Positions 28,919 through 38,329 of a stretch of 64,000 bases of DNA are shown here, in pieces. This DNA is from Candidatus Yonathbacteria bacterium RIFCSPLOWO2_01_FULL_43_27 (GTDB taxonomy: Bacteria; Patescibacteriota; Minisyncoccia; Phycocordibacterales; UBA1550). The stretch is from assembly GCA_001823545.1 (NCBI GenBank), contig MHUV01000003.1, positions 86,398 to 150,397 of the forward strand. The letters are read 5' to 3'. The first letter of the stretch is position 1; each line of letters begins with the position of its first letter. The translations under genes were made by a program, and so were the position numbers. The notes beneath the pieces are model-generated. The model was not told where the DNA came from. It made no database searches and worked only from the letters and a program-made list of their open reading frames with translations.

Positions 28919-30181
28919 TTATTTAAGAACGTCTTTTCCGATATACTTCTTTAACACCTCAGGTACCCTGATTGACCCGTCTTCATTCTGATAGTTTTCA
29001 ATAAGCGCAATAAGCGGGCGTCCTGAAAGCGCCGTATTATTGAGCGAATGTGCAAATCGCATCTTGCCATCGTCGTCACGATAACGAATATTGAGACGTC
29101 GCGTTTGAAAATCATGGAAATATGACGATGAGTGTGTTTCGCGATACGTATTCTCAGAAGGTATCCATGCCTCAATATCATATTTTTTCACTTGCCCAAG
29201 ACCAAGGTCGCCACCACAGTTCACGACGACACGATACGGAAGACCGAGTGCTTGCATCAACTCCTCGGTGTTTTGCGTCAACTCCTCATGATATTTCACC
29301 GACTCCTCGTGTGATGCTTCACATAATACCACCTGTTCAAGTTTGTAAAATTCATGCACACGCATAATACCCTTCGTATCACGCCCGTGACTTCCTGCCT
29401 CACGACGAAATGCGGGAGAAAACGAAAGCATCTTGATGGGCAAATCTTTCTTCTCAATAGTCTCATCCATATAAAAGCCCATCGTAGCAACCTCGGCGGT
29501 ACCAGAGAGATACTCACCATCTTGCGTCTTATAGAGGTCTTCCTCACTCTGAGGCAAGTATCCCGTGCCGATAAATGGTTCACGGCGAATAAGTGACGGC
29601 ACGATCATCGGCACGAAACCACCCTTCTGTGCAAAGAAATCCTGCACAAAATTCCAAAGCGCAAATTGCAAAAGCGCACCATCGTTCATCAGGAAATACC
29701 CACGGAAACCTGCAACCTTAGTTCCGCGCTCGAGGTCGAGCATCTTGAGATTTTGCATAAGATCAATATGACTCTTTGGGGTAAATGAAAATTTTGGAGC
29801 TTCTCCCCACGTACGTGCCTCAGCATTATCAGCGTCGCTCGCACCCTCGGGGACCGACATATCAGGAATATTGGGCACCTGCACCATGAGTGCCTGCCAC
29901 TTTTTAATAGCCTCAGTAAGTTCTTCTTCTTTTTTTTGAAGAACATCTTTGAGTTCTTTTGATTCAGAAATAAGGCGCGCGCGCTCTTCATTACTTGCGG
30001 CACGAGGAACGAGATTTGCTGTTTCATTCTGCTTGCTCCTCATGACCTCAACCTCGGCAAGGAGTGCGCGACGAACGTCATCTGCAGAAAGTAGCTCGTC
30101 AACATTAAAATTGATGTGCTTTTTCAGTGCTCCTGCCGCCACGAGTTCTTTATTTTCGCGAATGAATTTGATATCTAACAT
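28919..30181 (-). CDS. serS: Seryl-tRNA synthetase
   Basis: MLDIKFIREN, GTAE, FRREAGSHGRDTKGIMRVHEF, ETHSSS, HSLNNTA, ENYQ. Confidence 0.98.
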   Translation of the reverse strand: MLDIKFIRENKELVAAGALKKHINFNVDELLSADDVRRALLAEVEVMRSKQNETANLVPRAASNEERARLISESKELKDVLQKKEEELTEAIKKWQALMVQVPNIPDMSVPEGASDADNAEARTWGEAPKFSFTPKSHIDLMQNLKMLDLERGTKVAGFRGYFLMNDGALLQFALWNFVQDFFAQKGGFVPMIVPSLIRREPFIGTGYLPQSEEDLYKTQDGEYLSGTAEVATMGFYMDETIEKKDLPIKMLSFSPAFRREAGSHGRDTKGIMRVHEFYKLEQVVLCEASHEESVKYHEELTQNTEELMQALGLPYRVVVNCGGDLGLGQVKKYDIEAWIPSENTYRETHSSSYFHDFQTRRLNIRYRDDDGKMRFAHSLNNTALSGRPLIALIENYQNEDGSIRVPEVLKKYIGKDVLK

Positions 30182-30215
30182 AAAAGACAGTATACCAGAC
30201 GTCCGCACGCTGCGC

Positions 30216-30247
30216 AAAAAAACACCCACGACTTTTTAAATCGTGGG
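30216..30247 (-). terminator. Terminator of the 281-aa ORFan
   Basis: CCCACGA..TCGTGGG stem with a T-run on the minus strand. Confidence 0.6.
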
Positions 30248-30276
30248 CTTATATCACCTCCATTTTTAATTTATTT

Positions 30277-31122
30277 TTATTTAACCTGAATGTACTCGCT
30301 CGCGACAATCCTGTACTCTTTAAAAAACTCCTCGGGAGTCAAGTCATCGATGACTGTTTCGACCTTGCAGTCGTAAAAGTCATATTTACTCACCAAGGGA
30401 TAGTAAATCCTATTATAAGCAAGACGTGTGCGCGGATTATCAACATTTCCGCCGGTCCAAAGCGTTACCGCTCTGTCCTTGCTACACTCGTTGAGCTTCT
30501 CAAGGATAGCGGGGTTTATTTCCCCCTTAATAAAGAGCGTCCCTTCAATACCACAGAAGACTCCGGGGAGTATCTCTCCCTTCGCAAGTTCTGCGACAGC
30601 CTTGGATCTGAGCTCGCGAGAGTGCAGAACCTCAAGTTTCTCGCGGACCTGCTTGCGTGTCCCCGTGATACCAAGATCTTTATTCACCTTCTGAAGAGTT
30701 GCCTTGTAGTCCTTTTTACCAGGATGGAGGTCGTGGAGAAAAATATTTGTAAGGTACCTTTTGGCACTCACTATAGAGAGAAGTGTCAGTGCCTTGTTCT
30801 CTGTGTTCTTGCTTCCTACGATCCTGTCGTAGTGACCAACAAGATCTGCAACTGTGTTGGAGGGCAATTGTATGTACCCCGTATTCCTCAAGTGCGAATA
30901 CGGGGCCGCGGACATACCAGAGGTGGCAAACCTCTCCGGTGTGTCAAACCAGAAAAAAATCACCGGTATACCACTCTCGATAGTTGCCACCACTTCCTTC
31001 TTGTTGGCGACAAAAGCCTCTACATCAACAAGAAGAATTTTGGCATCATCCTCAAAAAAGAAACCATCCACCTTTTCAAGATTTGACATAAGTGCTTGAT
31101 GAAGACCTATGATTTCTTTCAT
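30277..31122 (-). CDS. Hypothetical protein: receiver-like N-terminus plus degenerate HAD-like C-terminal domain
   Basis: ILLVD..IPVIFF..YIQLP; C-terminal GVFCGIEGTLF, VTLWTGG, VIDD. Own promoter at 31177-31205. Confidence 0.6.
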   Translation of the reverse strand: MKEIIGLHQALMSNLEKVDGFFFEDDAKILLVDVEAFVANKKEVVATIESGIPVIFFWFDTPERFATSGMSAAPYSHLRNTGYIQLPSNTVADLVGHYDRIVGSKNTENKALTLLSIVSAKRYLTNIFLHDLHPGKKDYKATLQKVNKDLGITGTRKQVREKLEVLHSRELRSKAVAELAKGEILPGVFCGIEGTLFIKGEINPAILEKLNECSKDRAVTLWTGGNVDNPRTRLAYNRIYYPLVSKYDFYDCKVETVIDDLTPEEFFKEYRIVASEYIQVK

Positions 31123-31176
31123 TTTTTTCTCCCCAAGTTGTTTTTTTGAGCAAGCTCAGAAATACCATCTATATAA

Positions 31177-31205
31177 AGCATAGCTCTTTTTACTGTTTTT
31201 GTCAA
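31177..31205 (-). promoter_or_regulatory. sigma70 promoter TTGACA-N17-TATGCT
   Basis: Minus strand: TTGACA aaaacagtaaaaagagc TATGCT. Confidence 0.7.
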
Positions 31206-31285
31206 TACACTGTAATGGTTCAGATTTTGCTCATATTGAAGATAATTAATAAAATCCTCATAACAAACTATGGTATGATATTTCC

Positions 31286-32176
31286 ATGTCTTTTGCGCGC
31301 AATAAAGAAACTCGAAAGTTATCCGCTGACGAATTCCCTTCCTCGCTTCTTGAAATCCCCTGCCCTCCCTCTGAACTCTATCTTCGTGGCACACTCCCCG
31401 ACCCTGCACAATTTTACTACCTCGCTGTTGTTGGCTCACGCAAATACACTTCCTATGGACGAGAAGTTGCCGAGCGCATCATCGAAGGACTTGCTGGTTA
31501 CCCCATCTGTATCGTGTCAGGACTTGCGCTCGGTATTGATGGCATCGCGCATCAAACTGCTCTTGCAACAGGTCTTCCTACGGTCGCTATTCCAGGCTCG
31601 GGACTTTCTAATAGCGTCCTCTACCCACGCACCAACCTTGGCCTTGCGCACGAAATTCTAGAAAATGGTGGCGCGCTCCTTTCTGAATACCCTGACGATC
31701 TGCACGCGGCGCCATGGACCTTTCCTCAACGTAATCGTATTATGGCGGGAATTTCTGCGGGTACGCTCGTCATTGAAGCTGAGGAAAAATCCGGCACGCT
31801 CATCACGGCGCGTCTCGCCCTTGATTACAACAGAAATGTTTTTGCGGTCCCCGGTTCCATTTTTTCTGCACCCTCAAAAGGAACGAACAAACTTATCAAG
31901 CAAGGAGCGACGCCTATAACGAGCGCCGTGGAACTTCTTGAAGAACTTGGTCTTGTGGCACCTGTCACATTTACCACAGAACAAAAACAACTCGACCTTG
32001 AACTTTTTTCGCCCGACGAACAAGTGATTCTTCTCCTCCTCAACGAACCACGCGCTCGTGAAGACATTATGGCGTTATCAACCCTTCCCCCTGCGCGCAC
32101 CCTTTCCACTCTTACGATTCTAGAAATCAAAAATATCATCGAAGAACGTATGGGGAAAATAGAAAAACGTTCTTAA
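31286..32176 (+). CDS. dprA: DNA-processing protein DprA
   Basis: AVVGSR..TSYG, IVSGLALGIDG.AH, FPQRNRIMAG, VIEA.EKSGTLITA, VPGSI. Confidence 0.96.
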   Translation: MSFARNKETRKLSADEFPSSLLEIPCPPSELYLRGTLPDPAQFYYLAVVGSRKYTSYGREVAERIIEGLAGYPICIVSGLALGIDGIAHQTALATGLPTVAIPGSGLSNSVLYPRTNLGLAHEILENGGALLSEYPDDLHAAPWTFPQRNRIMAGISAGTLVIEAEEKSGTLITARLALDYNRNVFAVPGSIFSAPSKGTNKLIKQGATPITSAVELLEELGLVAPVTFTTEQKQLDLELFSPDEQVILLLLNEPRAREDIMALSTLPPARTLSTLTILEIKNIIEERMGKIEKRS

Positions 32177-32191
32177 TCTTCAAAAGATGTG

Positions 32192-32839
32192 CTATGTGTG
32201 CGTATGTCTCTTTCTGTATTTTTGTGCTGCAATCCCAATCAAAATAAATCCAACCACAAGCATCACAATAAAAAGCAAGCGATTATCTTCTATAAACGTA
32301 CTACTGAGATACACCGCCCAGATTGCAAATGGCAATTCAGAGATAAAAACCACTACCATATATTTTAGAAAAGGATACCGAACAATACCAAGGAAAAAAC
32401 TAGGGGCCTCCGACGGAAGTGCAAGTTTGATCAAAACAATATCAAGCATTTTCATTTCTCGCGTGATTAAACTTCCATATTTATTAATCTTTGCTGCAGA
32501 TATAAAGTATTCAATAATCTGTCTTCCTAAAAATCTTCCCAATCCATACAAAATCATCGCCCCGATAAACCATCCTGCCATCAGTAAAGCAATAGTAGCT
32601 ATTTCCCCCCATGCAAATACAGCCAATGGTATGGTGATAATACTGGTAAAAAAAATTGAAACCGCAGATAAAATCGAAAGTGCAAGAAATATATAAATAC
32701 TTGCAACAGGATGAAGCTCTATAGACGCTTTACTAAAAACAAGCGCTTTACTAATTACCTCAAAAAAATCAGAAAACAGCCACAAGAAAAAAACAAGGAG
32801 GGTAATTACTGAGAAAAATATAATCTTTGTTCGATGCAT
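32192..32839 (-). CDS. DedA/VTT-domain (TVP38) membrane protein
   Basis: Multi-TM; GAMILYGLGRFLG, LP.E..SFFLG. Confidence 0.8.
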   Translation of the reverse strand: MHRTKIIFFSVITLLVFFLWLFSDFFEVISKALVFSKASIELHPVASIYIFLALSILSAVSIFFTSIITIPLAVFAWGEIATIALLMAGWFIGAMILYGLGRFLGRQIIEYFISAAKINKYGSLITREMKMLDIVLIKLALPSEAPSFFLGIVRYPFLKYMVVVFISELPFAIWAVYLSSTFIEDNRLLFIVMLVVGFILIGIAAQKYRKRHTHT

Positions 32840-32884
32840 TTCATATATAGTATACGACACCCCACGTTCTTTCCCTATAACAAG

Positions 32885-32922
32885 AAGGACCTAACCACAT
32901 ATATATGCATGGTTAGGTCCTT
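32885..32922. terminator. Hairpin terminator downstream of the 71-aa ORF
   Basis: AAGGACCTAACCA...TGGTTAGGTCCTT, 13-bp stem. Confidence 0.7.
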
Positions 32923-32942
32923 GATAATAGGGAGAGGGGTTT

Positions 32943-33158
32943 CTACGAGGGACACCAGCGTCCACGCTTTACGAGACTTTCGGCGTCTGACTGTACGCGA
33001 ATATAAGAAGGTTCGTCACTCTGATCCCCTTTTCTAAAAAACTCTCTCATTCTTGAATCATAAAGAACATGTAGTCCCCCATTCCCGCCATAGCGGTTGA
33101 TAAGGCATTTCTGCGACTCTGTTTTTACAACGCTTTTTCCACCTTTGCCGGTAGGCAT
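32943..33158 (-). CDS. Small hypothetical protein (71 aa)
   Basis: SD AAGGAGG before the ATG, TTGACA-N17-AATAAT promoter at 33194-33222, terminator downstream. Confidence 0.55.
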   Translation of the reverse strand: MPTGKGGKSVVKTESQKCLINRYGGNGGLHVLYDSRMREFFRKGDQSDEPSYIRVQSDAESLVKRGRWCPS

Positions 33159-33230
33159 ATGCCCTCCTTGGAAATATATTTTTTCTATTTTAAATTATTC
33201 CCTTTTATGGTCATTTTGTCAACAATGTGG

Positions 33231-33239
33231 TGTGGATAA
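33231..33239 (-). promoter_or_regulatory. Single perfect DnaA box (TTATCCACA) upstream of topA
   Basis: TGTGGATAA on the + strand. Confidence 0.4.
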
Positions 33240-33312
33240 ATAATAAAGAAATAAAAAAATATTTACACCATATATTTGCAAAAAAAATCTGTTCGTAGTA
33301 CTACTAATGTAA

Positions 33313-35514
33313 ATGGCAACAAAAAATTACAAACTTCTCATTGTTGAGTCACCTTCAAAAGCAAAAACGATTGGCAAATATCTTGGCGACGAATATGTCG
33401 TGCGTGCGAGCGTTGGACACGTGCGCGATCTTCCTAAAAGCAATAAAAAAGCAATCGATATTCCTGCAGGGTTTGTTCCGCACTATGAAATTTCTAAAGG
33501 AAAAGCAGAAGTGGTACATGAAATAGAATCTCTTGCGAAAAAAGCAGATGAAGTCCTCCTTGCAACAGACCCCGACCGTGAAGGTGAGGCAATTTCATGG
33601 CACATTGCTGAAACGTGTGGACTTAAAAAACCACAGCGTATCGTCTTTCATGAAATCACCAAAAACGCAGTCGAGGAAGCACTCAAGCATCCGCGCGTAA
33701 TTGACGACAATCTGGTCAAAGCACAAGAAGCACGTCGCGTACTTGACCGTCTCGTAGGGTACGATCTCTCTGGCCTTATTTGGAAAAAGGTACGTTATGG
33801 TTTGTCCGCAGGACGTGTTCAATCTCCCGCTCTTCGTATCATCATGGAACGCGAGCGCGAAATTCGCGCGTTTGTCCCTGAAGCATACTGGACGCTCACC
33901 GCACGTTTTAAAACACGAGACGGAAACGAACTTGAAATGTCGTGCGTAGAAGAACCGCGCGAAGAATCAGTGGTTAAAAATATTCTCAACGTTGGGAGAA
34001 ACAGTCCGTGGTATATACGCGATGTAAAAGAGAGCGAGGTGAGCCGCGCACCAAAGGCTCCGTTCATTACTTCGACACTCCAACAAGCGGCAAGTTCGCG
34101 TTTTGGATTTGCACCATCACGTACAATGGGTATCGCACAAAAGCTCTATGAGCGCGGTCTCATTACTTATATGCGTACCGACAGCACGACCCTCTCCAAG
34201 GACGCACTTGGTACTATTTATGGAGAAATTACGAAACGCTACGGCAAGGATGCGGTATCCCCACGTACCTTTACAACAAAAAGTAAGAATGCGCAGGAAG
34301 CGCATGAAGCAATCCGTCCGACAAATATTTCCAAACACTCTATGGGTGTCAATCCTGAAGAGAAGAAACTGTACGAACTCATTTGGGCACGCACGATCGC
34401 GTCACAGATGACTGACGCAAAACTTGCCCGCACTACTATTTTGGCAAATGTAAAAGAAGGCGCTATCCCAAACTTTTCTATTACGGGCTCGCGCGTCATC
34501 ATTCCCGGATGGCTCGCTGCGGACCCAAACGCCCGCGGTGAAGATGTAGAACTTCCTAAGGTCGCCGTCGATGAAATGCTCACCCTCCTTGAGATTGCGG
34601 ACCAGGCAAAATTTACAGAACCACCCGGACGCTACTCGGAAGCAGGTCTGGTAAAAGAACTTGAAAAGCGTGGCATTGGACGTCCTTCAACGTATGCGTC
34701 TATTATTAAAACTATTGTTGACCGCGGTTATGTTACCAAGGAAGGCAAGGCCCTTAAACCTACCGACACGGGCGATGTGGTGAGTTCATTCCTCGAAAAA
34801 AACTTTGAAAACTACATCAGTGATTCTTTCACCGCAGAAATGGAAGACAAGCTCGACGATATAGCAAACGGCGACCGTGAGTATGTAAAAACACTCAAGG
34901 AATTCTACGGCCCATTTTCAAAAGACGTCAAAGAAAAAGATAAGCTTGATAAAATCACCACCCTTGGTGATGCCGATCCACAGCATACATGCCCTAAGTG
35001 TGGCGATGTAATGGTTATCAAGCTTTCGAAAAATGGTAAATTTCTTTCGTGTAAAAAATATCCTGAGTGTGATGGCGCACGCACTATTGATGGTACTGAA
35101 CTCCAAGGACCTCGCGATACGGGAGAACTATGTCCTAAGTGCGAAAAAGCTAACCTCGTAGAGCGTGAAGGGCGTTTTGGTCGCTTTATCGCCTGCGCGA
35201 GCTACCCTAAATGTAAATTTATTAAAAAGGACGAAACTGGCGCACTCGGCAACCACACCGGTGTCCCCTGCCCTGTATGCAAAAAAGGTTTTATGACCGA
35301 ACGCAAGGGTCGTTTTGGCATCTTTTATAGTTGTACCAACTACCCAGATTGTAAAAATGCCATCAAAGCACGCCCTACCGGCAACTACTGTACCTACAAG
35401 AAAATGGACGGCACTACCTGTGGCGCCCTCATGATGGATGGCACGAAGACCATCCCTGAAAGATGCTCAGACAAAACGTGTCCTATGCATAATCCGCACA
35501 AGCTCGCAAAATAG
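33313..35514 (+). CDS. topA: DNA topoisomerase I
   Basis: IVESPSKAKTI, ATDPDREGE, SAGRVQ, ITYMRTD, AQEAHEAIRP, GRPSTYA, C-terminal Zn ribbons. Confidence 0.98.
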   Translation: MATKNYKLLIVESPSKAKTIGKYLGDEYVVRASVGHVRDLPKSNKKAIDIPAGFVPHYEISKGKAEVVHEIESLAKKADEVLLATDPDREGEAISWHIAETCGLKKPQRIVFHEITKNAVEEALKHPRVIDDNLVKAQEARRVLDRLVGYDLSGLIWKKVRYGLSAGRVQSPALRIIMEREREIRAFVPEAYWTLTARFKTRDGNELEMSCVEEPREESVVKNILNVGRNSPWYIRDVKESEVSRAPKAPFITSTLQQAASSRFGFAPSRTMGIAQKLYERGLITYMRTDSTTLSKDALGTIYGEITKRYGKDAVSPRTFTTKSKNAQEAHEAIRPTNISKHSMGVNPEEKKLYELIWARTIASQMTDAKLARTTILANVKEGAIPNFSITGSRVIIPGWLAADPNARGEDVELPKVAVDEMLTLLEIADQAKFTEPPGRYSEAGLVKELEKRGIGRPSTYASIIKTIVDRGYVTKEGKALKPTDTGDVVSSFLEKNFENYISDSFTAEMEDKLDDIANGDREYVKTLKEFYGPFSKDVKEKDKLDKITTLGDADPQHTCPKCGDVMVIKLSKNGKFLSCKKYPECDGARTIDGTELQGPRDTGELCPKCEKANLVEREGRFGRFIACASYPKCKFIKKDETGALGNHTGVPCPVCKKGFMTERKGRFGIFYSCTNYPDCKNAIKARPTGNYCTYKKMDGTTCGALMMDGTKTIPERCSDKTCPMHNPHKLAK

Positions 35515-35538
35515 TTTTACGCGAACGCAACCAAAAAC

Positions 35539-35952
35539 TTATTTTTTCTTTGGCGCAGTACGACACGATACACAACGACAACCGTGTGGCTTGATGTATT
35601 CATCCACATACTCTTTTCCATAATCATACGTAAATTCATCACCAGTCTCAATACGTTTAATTGCTTTTATAAATACCCGCCCACCAATAATTTCCACTTC
35701 GCAATTTGGTTTACATGAATGGTTGATGTAGCGTGCCGTATTTGAGCGTGCGTTTCCATTGATCATTCGGTAACGACTCGTTTCAAACAAGTACTTCCCC
35801 GCTTGCGCATCAACCGCTTTCCCCGTCACCACCTTTCCCACGTATTCAATGATCCACGTACCACGTTTAACAGGCTCGTCAGCAAACAACCCAAGTCCCG
35901 TCGCAGAGCGTTTAATTTTATACGCAACAGTTCCTAATTTTGGTATTGGCAT
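35539..35952 (-). CDS. SET-domain protein (putative lysine methyltransferase)
   Basis: GLGLFA, IIEYVG, ARYINHSCKPN, GDEFTYDYG, post-SET CRCVSC. Confidence 0.92.
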   Translation of the reverse strand: MPIPKLGTVAYKIKRSATGLGLFADEPVKRGTWIIEYVGKVVTGKAVDAQAGKYLFETSRYRMINGNARSNTARYINHSCKPNCEVEIIGGRVFIKAIKRIETGDEFTYDYGKEYVDEYIKPHGCRCVSCRTAPKKK

Positions 35953-36057
35953 AATAAAAATTACCTATCACTTTTTAATATAATGACCACACTATACATA
36001 AAAATTAAAAAAAATACACTATTTTTTACGACCATATTAGTATGATACAATTACGGT

Positions 36058-37569
36058 ATGAAAAAAATTTCGAAAAAACAGATACTGTGGGCAATCGCTA
36101 TAATCGGCATTGTTCTTCTTGGTGTTTGGTGGAATAGTCGTTCTTCAAACACAGAAGAGCAAAATACGACCACCGTAAAACGCGGAGATATTATCCAAGA
36201 AGTCAGCGTAACGGGACGAATTGAGCCTACCACGAGCGTTAAACTTGGTTTTGAAAAAAGTGGGCGAATTCAACATGTTTATGCGCGCACGAACCAAAAA
36301 GTATCACAGGGAGCACTTCTTGCAGAATTGGAGTCTTCATCCGCGCAAGCAAGCCTTCTAGAATACGAAGCACGTCTTGCCGAACTCAAGCGCGGTGCGC
36401 GCCCTGAGGAAATCACCATAAAAGAAACCGAACTCGCAAAATACGAGCAAGATCTTATCAATGCCTATAACGGAATCTCCGACATCGCAATTGATGCATT
36501 TAGTAAAGCTGATGATGCCCTTCATACAAAAATGACGGGGATTTTTTCTGGTTTTAAGACAACCTCGTATGATATTACCTATCCAGTATGCGACAGTCAG
36601 CTTGATAATGAGGTAATTATGCTCAAAAACCAAACTGAAATTGATTTTGATACATGGCGCACAGAAATGAATACGAACAATGGAGCACAAAGAACTAGTA
36701 CCACGGAACTCAATTTGCTTACACAAACAGAAAATCACCTAAAGGTGACCAAATCACTCCTTGAGGGTGTTAGCCGTACACTCACCCTTGATTGCACGAT
36801 TGCAAACACCGACCTCGACACCTATCGCACAAATATTAACGCAGCACGCACCAACATTAACACGGTTCTTGCAACCATCAACACCAAGAAACAAACGATT
36901 TCCTCTCTCACGCTCACCGCTATCAAAACAAGGACTGAACTCGCGCTTCTGAAGTCAGGAACTGCGCAAGAAATTATCCAAGCACAAGAAGCACGCGTTC
37001 TTGGAGCACGTGGTGAACTCGCTAAATACAAAATCTATGCACCAACTGGTGGCACAGTTATCACGATGGATGCACGGGTGGGAGAATACGCAAATGCATC
37101 GTCGCCACTCATTAGTATTATTTCAGATACGTCATTCGAAATAGAAGCAAATGTCCCCGAAGCCGACATCGCAAAAATCCATGTTGGCGACCAAGCAAAA
37201 ATTACTCTTGACGCATACGGAAGTGATGTATTTTTTGAAGGACGCGTCGTAACGATCGACACCGCAGAAACAATTATTGATAATGTTCCTACGTACAAGG
37301 TAACGCTCGCTTTTACCAAAAACGATACGCGTATCAAGTCAGGAATGACGGCAAACATTGATATCGCGACGGCACGAAAAGAAAATGTACTTTCAATCCC
37401 CCAGCGTGCGGTGATTAATAAAGATGGTCAAAAAACAGTTATGGTGGTTACCGGTACCGACACCACCACGGAGACAACAGTCACCACAGGACTTCGTGGA
37501 TCAGATGGCTCTATTGAAATTATTGAAGGAATTACCGAAGGAGCAATAATTATTACCGCGCCAAAATAA
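36058..37569 (+). CDS. MacA-like periplasmic adaptor / membrane fusion protein with long helical insertion
   Basis: VSVTGRIEP, GRIQHVY, IYAPTGG, VPEADIAKIHVG, KSGMTANIDI, VLSIP. Confidence 0.9.
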   Translation: MKKISKKQILWAIAIIGIVLLGVWWNSRSSNTEEQNTTTVKRGDIIQEVSVTGRIEPTTSVKLGFEKSGRIQHVYARTNQKVSQGALLAELESSSAQASLLEYEARLAELKRGARPEEITIKETELAKYEQDLINAYNGISDIAIDAFSKADDALHTKMTGIFSGFKTTSYDITYPVCDSQLDNEVIMLKNQTEIDFDTWRTEMNTNNGAQRTSTTELNLLTQTENHLKVTKSLLEGVSRTLTLDCTIANTDLDTYRTNINAARTNINTVLATINTKKQTISSLTLTAIKTRTELALLKSGTAQEIIQAQEARVLGARGELAKYKIYAPTGGTVITMDARVGEYANASSPLISIISDTSFEIEANVPEADIAKIHVGDQAKITLDAYGSDVFFEGRVVTIDTAETIIDNVPTYKVTLAFTKNDTRIKSGMTANIDIATARKENVLSIPQRAVINKDGQKTVMVVTGTDTTTETTVTTGLRGSDGSIEIIEGITEGAIIITAPK

Positions 37570-37605
37570 TAGGTTTTTGTTTTCAAGCTCATCAATTTTA
37601 TTCTT

Positions 37606-38328
37606 ATGGCTCTCATTACTGTCAACAAACTTACCAAAGTCTATCGAGACGGACTAGTAGACACACCCGTTCTCCATGGGGTGTCTTTTGAGATTAAAAA
37701 GGGGGAATTTGTAGCTATTATGGGGCCCTCAGGATCGGGAAAATCAACCCTTCTTCATCTTCTGGGTTTTCTCGATAATTACACCGACGGAACATATATT
37801 TTTGACGGACAGGACGCACGGTCATATACAGGAGATGAAGTTGCACACATTCGCAATCAAAAACTTGGTTTCATCTTTCAATCATTCAACCTGCTTCCCA
37901 ATGCGAGTGTACTCGAAAATGTAAAGCTTCCCCTTCTGTATTCTGCTATTTCTGAAAAGGAGTGGGATGAGCGGGCACTGAAAGCCATAGCCTCGGTTGG
38001 TCTCAGTCATCGTGCTTCCTTTGACTCCACACAACTTTCAGGCGGAGAGCGTCAGCGTGTAGCAATTGCGCGTGCACTTGTTTGCGATCCTGAAGTTATT
38101 TTTGCTGATGAACCAACGGGAAATCTCGATTCTAAATCGGGGGGTGCGGTTATTGATATTCTACAAAAACTCAACGAAGACGAGGGGCATACGATTATCC
38201 TCATCACGCACGAAACACACACTGCAGAACACGCAAAGCGCATCATTCGCATCAAAGACGGACTGGTTGAGAGCGATGACATAATTAACAATCCTCATCG
38301 CGCAGGTGAAGTAACATTTGTAAAATAA
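37606..38328 (+). CDS. ABC transporter ATP-binding protein (MacB/LolD family)
   Basis: GPSGSGKST, LSGGERQRVAIARAL, ADEPTGNLD, ITH. Confidence 0.95.
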   Translation: MALITVNKLTKVYRDGLVDTPVLHGVSFEIKKGEFVAIMGPSGSGKSTLLHLLGFLDNYTDGTYIFDGQDARSYTGDEVAHIRNQKLGFIFQSFNLLPNASVLENVKLPLLYSAISEKEWDERALKAIASVGLSHRASFDSTQLSGGERQRVAIARALVCDPEVIFADEPTGNLDSKSGGAVIDILQKLNEDEGHTIILITHETHTAEHAKRIIRIKDGLVESDDIINNPHRAGEVTFVK

Positions 38329-38329
38329 C

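Noticed and set aside
33181-33312. Replication origin
   Set aside because: Only one perfect DnaA box here (another near-match at about 44751); no box cluster and no dnaA/dnaN.
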